The translations under genes were made by a program, and so were the position numbers. A stretch of DNA of 64,000 nucleotides from Octopus sinensis. Its lineage: Eukaryota. Every line of letters starts with the position of its first letter. Within the stretch, counting starts at the first letter, position 1. The stretch spans positions 4,092,001-4,156,000 of the forward strand of contig NC_043014.1 in NCBI RefSeq assembly GCF_006345805.1, in the 5' to 3' direction. Positions 56,652 through 64,000 of the stretch are shown in pieces. The notes under the pieces are model-generated. The model made no database searches. It was not told the DNA's origin and was given only the letters and a program-made list of their open reading frames with translations.

Positions 56652-58160
56652 ATAGCACCTTTCTTTCAATCTCAATCTACCAAATCTACTGACATGGCTT
56701 TGGTGTGTGTGTGTGTGTGTGTGTGTTTGTGTGGAAGCGCTGTGGCCCAGTGGTTAGTGCAGCGGAGTCACGGTTGTAGGATCGCGGTTTCGATTCCCAG
56801 ACTGGGCGTTGTGAGTGTTTAAAGCTCTACGAGGCTCAGGGAGTGGGTTGTGTTGATCTCTGCTGTACTCTTTCGCTACAACTTTCTCCCTTTCTTCTAT
56901 TGGCCTGCTCGCTTAGCCCGCGGGGTGGCGTCATTTGAAGGCGAAAACAATGCGAAGCGCATTGTGACCGGCGATGTGTAGCAACAACTGATAGCCTGGT
57001 CGGTCACGGTGAACACGGAGATATATATATGTATCATACGCACACACACACACACACACATACACACGTACATACACACACACCAGCACAGATGCCCTCA
57101 TCTACCCCCAACAAACAATACTCATACTGATACGCACGCACTAATACACAATGGGCACAGACAAACACGCACAACACACTTACACACAGAGCACACACGC
57201 ACACAAGCACACGCACGCACACGCACGCACAAATTCACATATACGCCGATACTTATACATACACACAATATATGCCTACACGCATACACACACATACACA
57301 TACGTATATACATACAGATACACACACACACGCACGCAAAAAGATGCGCACACATACGCACGCACACACGCATATTAATTCACATACCCAAAACTCACAA
57401 CCCCACGGATACACGTACATACACCCATATACGCTTACACACACACATACAAACGCACATGTACATGCACATCAGAAACACGCACATACATACACACACA
57501 CACACACACACAAATGAACACACATATACATCCCATACACTCGGCACACAATTATACATACACGCACACAATTATACATACATGTATACACATATACGCA
57601 CGTACAAGCACACACTCACACATACTCTAATTAAAGCACAGTTATTCACCACACACCCAAACTCTACGCATACACACACTGACACACACACATACGTACA
57701 CACACACACAATACAAACAAAACACACACACGATACATATACATACACGCACACACGCACATACTTCAAACTAGCATTACCTACTACTTGACCTGGGGTA
57801 GAGACAAAAGGAGCCACGCCCAATTCCTTCTTCCTTGACCTTAACACTACTAGCCCTACACCATGCAAAGATTAACAGCCACAACCACACACACATACAC
57901 ACACACACGCACACACACGCACACACACACACACGTGTCAACTTTGCACGCATACACACATACACACACACGCACACGCAGACCTCCGCGTCCGCACATA
58001 ACCACACTTACACACACATTCTTCCTCCTCTACCACTCTCCTGTCTTTGAAAGAACTTTTCTTCACCCATTTCCTTACGGTCATTCAAAATGTGTGCGCG
58101 TGTGTACCGTTGGCGATTTTTTTCCTCTGTCTTCCTTCTCAGGATCTTTCCTTCTCGTAT

Positions 58161-58195
58161 GTTTCCGACGAAGAGCTCCGCTCGAAACGTTAAAC
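58161..58195 (+). ncRNA. Minimal (Penelope-type) hammerhead motif, paralog 4 copy
   Basis: Identical to 43755-43789. Decayed homologues at 3949-3983 and ~28572-28604. Confidence 0.6.
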
Positions 58196-58396
58196 CCTCC
58201 TTCTTTCCTTCTTTCCTGAACGTCCAATAATACTATCTTTGTTCCACGTCCGTGCGTTGTTGTGTTTCTTTGTGCTTTCTTATTGGATTAAATTTAACTA
58301 TATATATACATGTGTGTGTCTCTATATAAATATTAATATATATATATATATATATAATTTTAATCCAAAAGGGAAACAAAAAAAACAACAACAACA

Positions 58397-61300
58397 GGAA
58401 CAATTACAGTATTATTATTAATAGGCGCTCAGGAGATGGAAGCAGGGAGGTATGACGTTTCGAGCGGAGCTCTTCGTCGGAAACATAAAGAAGGAAGAGA
58501 GAGGAAAGAAAGATCCCAGAGCGGGCAACAGGGAAAGAGAAAAAAGACGACTGGTGTTTACGAGTTGCACATGGTGAAAGGCGGATGTTGACGAAACAAG
58601 AGCAAAGTGGGTTTTTAAAGGCAAAAGAGTGGAGACAAGGTTGGTAACCCAACAGATGTGTGTGTATGTGTGAGTGTGTGCGTGTGTGTATGTGTGTGTG
58701 TGAGGCGAGATGAAAAAAAAAAAAAAAAAAAAAAAAATATATGTGTGTGTTAGTGTGTGCGTCTGTGTGTAGGCGTGTGGGGTAGGGCGAGACTAGTGGT
58801 CAGCTAGCAGACGAGGTCAGTAGTGAGAAAAAGAAGGAAGGAGGAAGGGAGGTCAGTAGTAAGAAAAAGAAGGAAGGAGGAAGGGAGGGAGGGGAAGGGG
58901 TGGGGGCGTATGTAGCGTGCCAGCGTGTGTTGAGTAGTAGTGTGTGTGTGTGTGCAGTGTCGTGGTGGTATTAATGGCGAGTAGATTGAATGTGTGTGAG
59001 AGTGATGTATATATATAGGCAAGGTGTGTATATGTGTGCGCGTGTGTGTAACGAAAAAAGGGGGGGGTTTAAGGAAAAAGGACTCCAGCTGAGGGGAAGA
59101 TGGAAGAGTGGTACCGCGGAGACAGGCGTGGGAAAACCCAACGACACGCGACGGTCCCAGGAACGGGCGGGAGGTCTCGTCAGGTCCAAGGGCGAGGTGT
59201 ATGCAGCGCGTATGCAGCGCGAGCCGGCGCAAGTGCGTGTGTGGGCGTGCCTGCGAGTATGCGCGTAAGTATGTATGTGTGTGGATGTGTGAGTGTGTCT
59301 GTGTGTATGTCTGGGTGGCAGTGTGTCCGATGAATGTATGTGAGTATGTGTGTATGTATGTGTGTGCATAGATGTATGTCCGTGTGTGTGTGTGTGTGTA
59401 TGTGTGTGAGTGTGTATGTATGTACGTGTGGGTGTGGGGAAGTGTGTGTATGTGCATGTGTGTGCGCGTACATACAGGTGTGTGAGTGAGTGTGTGTGTG
59501 TGTATGTATGTGTGAGTGTGTATGTATGTGTGTGTCGGATGCATGTATGTGTATGGGTGTATGCATGCGTGTGTGTATGTATGTATGTGTACGTGCGTGT
59601 GTGTGTGTGTATGCATGTAGGTGTGCGCGTGTGCATGCATGCATGCATGTGCGTGTGTGTGTGTGTGTGTGCATGTGTGTGGGTATATATGTATGTGCGT
59701 ATATGTGTGTGTATGTGCGTACATGTGTGTGTGTGTGTATGCATGTGTGTGTATGTAGGTGTGTAGGCGTGTGTGTATAGGTGTATGTATGTAAGTATGT
59801 GTGGGTGTGTCCGTGTATGTGTGTGTATGTATGTGTGTGTATGTAGGTGTGTGGGCGTGTGTATATGTGTGTGTATGTAGGTGTGTGGGCGTGTGTATAT
59901 AGGTGTATGTGTGTATGTCTGGGTGTGTCCGTGCATGTTTGTGTGTGTGTGTGTATGCATGTGTATGTGGGTGTGTGTGTACGTGTGTAATGTATGTGTG
60001 TATGCGTGTGTATGCGTGCGTGTGTGTATGTAGGTGCGTGTGTATGTGTGTGGGAGTGTAGGTGTGTGTGTGCGTGTGCGTGTTTATGTTGGTGTGTGCG
60101 TATGTGAGTGTGAGTGTATGGGTGTTTGTCATGCATGTGTGTGCGCGTGCAGGTGAGTGTGTGTGTAAGTATGTGTGTGTGTATGTTTGTGTGAGTGTGT
60201 AAGTGTGTATGTCTTTGTGTGTGTATGTGCGTATAGGAGTATGTGGGTATGTGTGTATGTATGTATATGGGTGTATGTATGTATGTATGTGTGTGTGCAT
60301 GTGTATAAGTATATGTGTGTGTGCGTATGTGTGTACATGTGTATGTGTGTGTGTTTATGTATGTGTGTATGTATGTGTGTAGGCGTGTGTGTGTAGATGT
60401 ATGTATGTCTGGGTGTGTGTCCGTGTGTGTTAGTGTGTGTGTGTAGGTAGATGTGTGTGTCTGAGTGAGGGTATGGCTGTGTAGGTGTGTGTGTGTATGA
60501 ATGTAAGTGTGTGTGTATACAAGTGTAATGTATGTATGTAGGTGTGTGTGTGTGTGTGTATGTGTACGTGTGCGTGTGTATGTGTGTGTGTGTATGCGTG
60601 TGAGTGTGAGTGTATGGGTGTATGTCTGTGTGTGTGTATGTCTGAAGTAGGTATGTATGTGTATGTATGTATGTGTGTGTGTGTGCAGGTATGTGTGTGT
60701 ATGTGTGTGTGTGAGTAGGTGTGCGTGTATGTATGTGGGTAGGGATGCATGCGAGTGTGTGGGTATGTATGCATACATGCGTACGCGCACATCCGAAGCA
60801 CGCCCACACGCACAAAGCGCGCTCACGCACACAATGCACAAGCAGTACAACGCAAGCCCAAGGGGCCGACCAAGCCCCCAGCGCGCGCCAAGGCGCGCGA
60901 GCGCAAAGGCCCTCGAACACCCCGCTACGCGGGAACCGAGGATCCATCAGCCAAAACCGGAAAGCAGAAAAGAGGGGGGGCTGCCTGGATGCAAAAAGGT
61001 GTATGTGTGTGTGCATTCAGTGTAAGGGTGTGCATGTGTGGGCAAGTATGTATGTATGTGCCTAGATGTATGTTTGCATGTGTGTGTGTGAAGTATGTAC
61101 GTGCGGTGTGTGTGTGTGTGAGTGTGTGTGTATGTATGTGCGTATGTATGTGTGTGTGTATGTGTGTATGTATGTCTGTGTGTGTGTGTGTGTGTAAGTA
61201 TGTATGTGTGTGCGTATGTATGTATGTGTGTGTGTATGTGCATGTTGGTTTGTATGTTAGTGTGTGCTAGTATGTCTGTAAGTGTGTGTGATTAAATGTG

Positions 61301-61441
61301 TGAAGGTATGTACGTAGATGGGTCTACGTATGTGTGTGTGTGAACAGGCGTGTGGGAGGTAGGTGGTTGGGTGTGTGTGGGAGGTAGGTGGGTGGGTGTG
61401 TGCGTGTGGGAGGCAGGTGGGTGGGTGTGTGTGGGTGGTGT

Positions 61442-61474
<33 letters not shown>

Positions 61475-61476
61475 TC
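58397..61476 (-). mobile_element. Probable 3' non-coding region and pLTR-like end of the Penelope-like insertion
   Basis: Contiguous with the ORF stop and absent from the other paralogs; U-tract, ~2.6 kb of CA-rich low complexity with GC-rich islands, second U-tract, then a unique segment with a hammerhead motif. Confidence 0.55.
58450..58484 (-). ncRNA. Minimal hammerhead motif at the 3' end (pLTR-like) of the Penelope-like insertion
   Basis: Minus strand reads GTTT-CCGACGA-A-GAGC tcc GCTC-GAAA-CGTC-ATAC; GUC triplet; one mismatch in stem I. Confidence 0.55.
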
Positions 61477-63413
61477 TCAAGAGGAGGGAGCTGTGTTAAG
61501 TCCGTGTGGGGTGGTAGTTTGTAGGGTGAAGATGTAGCGTTGCTCCAAGTGGAGCCTGGAAAGTGGGCGACCTTGGTGGGGGGCGAGACCAAACACTGAG
61601 ATGTCATCTAGGGAATGGCCGGCCGAGCGGAAGTGGCGTGCGACGGGAGAAAGAGAGTGTAGGCGAACGTCCCTTAAGTGCTCAGTGAAACGGTCGGACA
61701 ACCGGCGTCCCGTCTGTCCTACATACAGCATCCCGCATAGGTTGCATTTAATGCAGTAAATAAGGCCAGACGAGGTGCACGTAAAAGAGTGCCTAATGCG
61801 TACAGTGTGCAGGTTGGAGCCGGTGACAGCGGTGGTGTTGGTGATGAAGGGGCAAGTGTTGCAGCGGGATCTAGAGCAAGGGAATGATCCGTGTGGGGCT
61901 GAGGGGGAAGGAGAGAGGGTGCTGTGGACCAGGAGGTCACGCAGATTGCGGGCTCGTTTGAAAGAGGACAGGGGTAGGTTAGGGAAAATGGGGCGGGTGG
62001 TGGGATCAAGCTGGAGGCGACGGAAGGCACGTAGTATCTTGCGACGAAGGGGTAGGGTAGAGGGGTGGAAAAGGAGGGGGAAGGGGGTGCGATTGGGGGG
62101 TGGGCGGGGGGAAGGAGACAGGGCGGTAGTGCGGTCGATGCGACGGGCGCGGGTGAGGGCATCAGAGAGGAGTATGGGTGGGTAACCTCGGAGTCTGAAC
62201 ATGCGGGCCAGGTATTGAGATTGGGTCTCGAAATCCTGGTCGCGGCTGCACAAACGTCGGAGGCGGAGGAACTGGGAGTAGGGGATGGCTCGTTTGGTGT
62301 GGAAGGGGTGGGAGGAAGAGAAGTTGAGATAGAGGTGGGAATCCGTAGGTTTAAAAAAGGCGGTGGTGGTGAGAGATCTGGAGGGGTGATCGATGCGGAG
62401 AGAGATGTCAAGGAAGTTGACAGAGGTGTTGGAGATGGTGGAGGTGAATTGAAGGGAGGGGTGAAAGTTGGAAAGGAAAGAGATGAATTGGCAGAGAAGT
62501 TCACGGGAAAGGGAGGTGGCACCTACGCAGTCGTCGATATAGCGACCGTATAGTTCGGGGGTCGGCCCAGAGAACTGGGAGAACACTTGGGCCTCAATGT
62601 AGCCAAGAAAGAGATTGGCGAAATTGGGGCCCATCCTAGTTCCCATCGCGACCCCGGACACCTGTTGGTACGTTTCCCCGGCGAACGTGAAGCAATTGAG
62701 GGTGAGGACGAGCTCGGCCAAACGGAGAAGGGTGGGGGTGCTGGGGGTGGGGTCGGGACGACGGTCGAGGAAGTGTTGGAGGGCTAGGAGACCGTCATTG
62801 TGGGGAATCACTGTGTACAGGGATTTTACATCTAAAGTGAAGAGGAGGTGTGAGGGGCTGGAAGGGAAGGAAAAGGAATTGAAGAGACGGAGGGCGTGGT
62901 TGGTGTCGTGTATGTGGGATGGGAGGGCTGCGACTAAGGGGGACAGGATGCGGTCGAGGTATAGGGAGATGAGTTCAGTGGGGCAATTACAGGCAGAGAC
63001 TATGGGACGGCCAGGATTAGAGGGTTTATGGATCTTGGGAAGGAAGTAGATGGTGGAGGTGCGGGGTGTGCGGACGATGAGGTTGGTGGCGGTGAGGGGG
63101 AGAGCGGAGGAGGAGATGAGGTCGTGGATGGTGGAGGACACTCGTTGTTGGTAGGAGGAGGTGGGATCGGAGGGGAGGAGGCGATAGAAGAGTGGATTTT
63201 GAAGCTGGTTGAGCGCTTCCTCCCTGTATAGGTCCGCGCGCCACACTACCACTGCCCCGCCTTTGTCCGCCGGTTTGATGACAATGTCATCACGACGGCG
63301 GAGGTGGCGAAGGGCAATGGATTCGGCCCGAGTGAGGTTGGCTCGGCGGGGTCTTGGTTCAAAGTTGAAACGGTGGACCAAAGCGTTGCAGTCATGTACA
63401 AACGAATCTAGGC

Positions 63414-63416
<3 letters not shown>
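61477..63416 (-). mobile_element. Penelope-like element ORF (RT + GIY-YIG endonuclease), 5'-truncated
   Basis: [48 protein letters not shown], then [29 protein letters not shown] and PHGLN; no stops over ~645 codons. Confidence 0.92.
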
Positions 63417-63450
<34 letters not shown>

Positions 63451-63456
63451 GAAATA

Positions 63457-63526
<70 letters not shown>

Positions 63527-63527
<1 letters not shown>

Positions 63528-64000
63528 ACTTGCAGACATACCCGGCATTGCTGGGGATAAAAACGGGAAAGTTGGTATATAATATATTCGAGTCATTTTG
63601 AAACAGGTGATATGGGAAAGTGCAACATTGACAACAAAACATTTGTAGAGTAAATGCTGGGCTAATTCGACTAAGCAACATGCTATGTGTCCGTTTGGAG
63701 TGTTTCAGGCCCTAACCTGTCATGCAAAATTGGAGGTGGGTTTTGTGTGATTTTTGAACGTACCGAAAAGCTGTCAGTGGATATACTCTCATTTGCAGCA
63801 GTGTGCGCTGTGTCTAACACGACCCATCATCGGAAATTTGACACCACACGTCGGGTTTCTTGTCCTACATCACTCATAGAGTAAATTTAGACGAACTGTG
63901 GTTGTTCATTCGCGGGTACCAGGGAACCATTGAGGGGATAGAGTTGCCATTGAACTTTGACGTCGGCGTAAATTCATGTTTATCTATCTTCTTAGATTCA
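63527..64000 (-). mobile_element. Helitron-derived fragment, paralog 4 copy (runs off window)
   Basis: Homologous to 4927-5400; terminal CTAG reads CAAG. Confidence 0.65.

Noticed and set aside
58804-61270. Very long ORFs (498, 556, 329 aa) rich in H/T/Y or C/V
   Set aside because: Translations of (CA)/(GT) microsatellite; no stops because of repeat composition. The same applies to 818-1420, 21413-22000, 38557-39621 and 57009-57791.
61719-63451. Pro/Ser-rich and Gly-rich ORFs overlapping the PLE; similar ORFs over the Tx1 copies
   Set aside because: Alternative-frame or antisense shadows of GC-skewed retroelement coding sequence.
63417-63681. N-terminal ~90 aa of the 734-aa ORF
   Set aside because: In-frame read-through of Helitron remnant and (TA)n; PLE homology starts near 63416.

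Overview
Eukaryotic, AT-rich, microsatellite-saturated genomic DNA; the SINE families and repeat style resemble an Octopus (coleoid cephalopod) genome, which is my inference rather than a database result. The backbone is a head-to-tail tandem array, all on the + strand, of a 4-exon gene. It encodes a ~255-aa protein with an N-terminal hydrophobic anchor, a short charged stalk and a 10-cysteine 'short-chain collagen C4-like' (spongin short-chain collagen / collagen IV NC1-related) domain, but no Gly-X-Y repeats. Paralog 1 starts before the window and looks chimeric, with two mutually exclusive exon-2 copies. Paralogs 2 and 3 are complete. Only exon 1 of paralog 4 is in the window. Amino-acid differences between paralogs cluster in about five short patches, while 3' flanks and framework are nearly identical. 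The introns hold layered mobile DNA: two Tx1/L1-type LINE fragments sitting in one (GATA)n tract, a CR1-like RT, a Penelope-like RT+GIY-YIG element, a mariner remnant, Helitron and RTE remnants, and tRNA-derived SINEs. Several small Penelope/retrozyme-like insertions carry type I hammerhead ribozyme folds from at least four unrelated sequence families. Each of the four paralogs has at least one intact-looking hammerhead on the pre-mRNA sense strand inside an intron. All splice models and RNA folds were read by eye and need computational and experimental confirmation.
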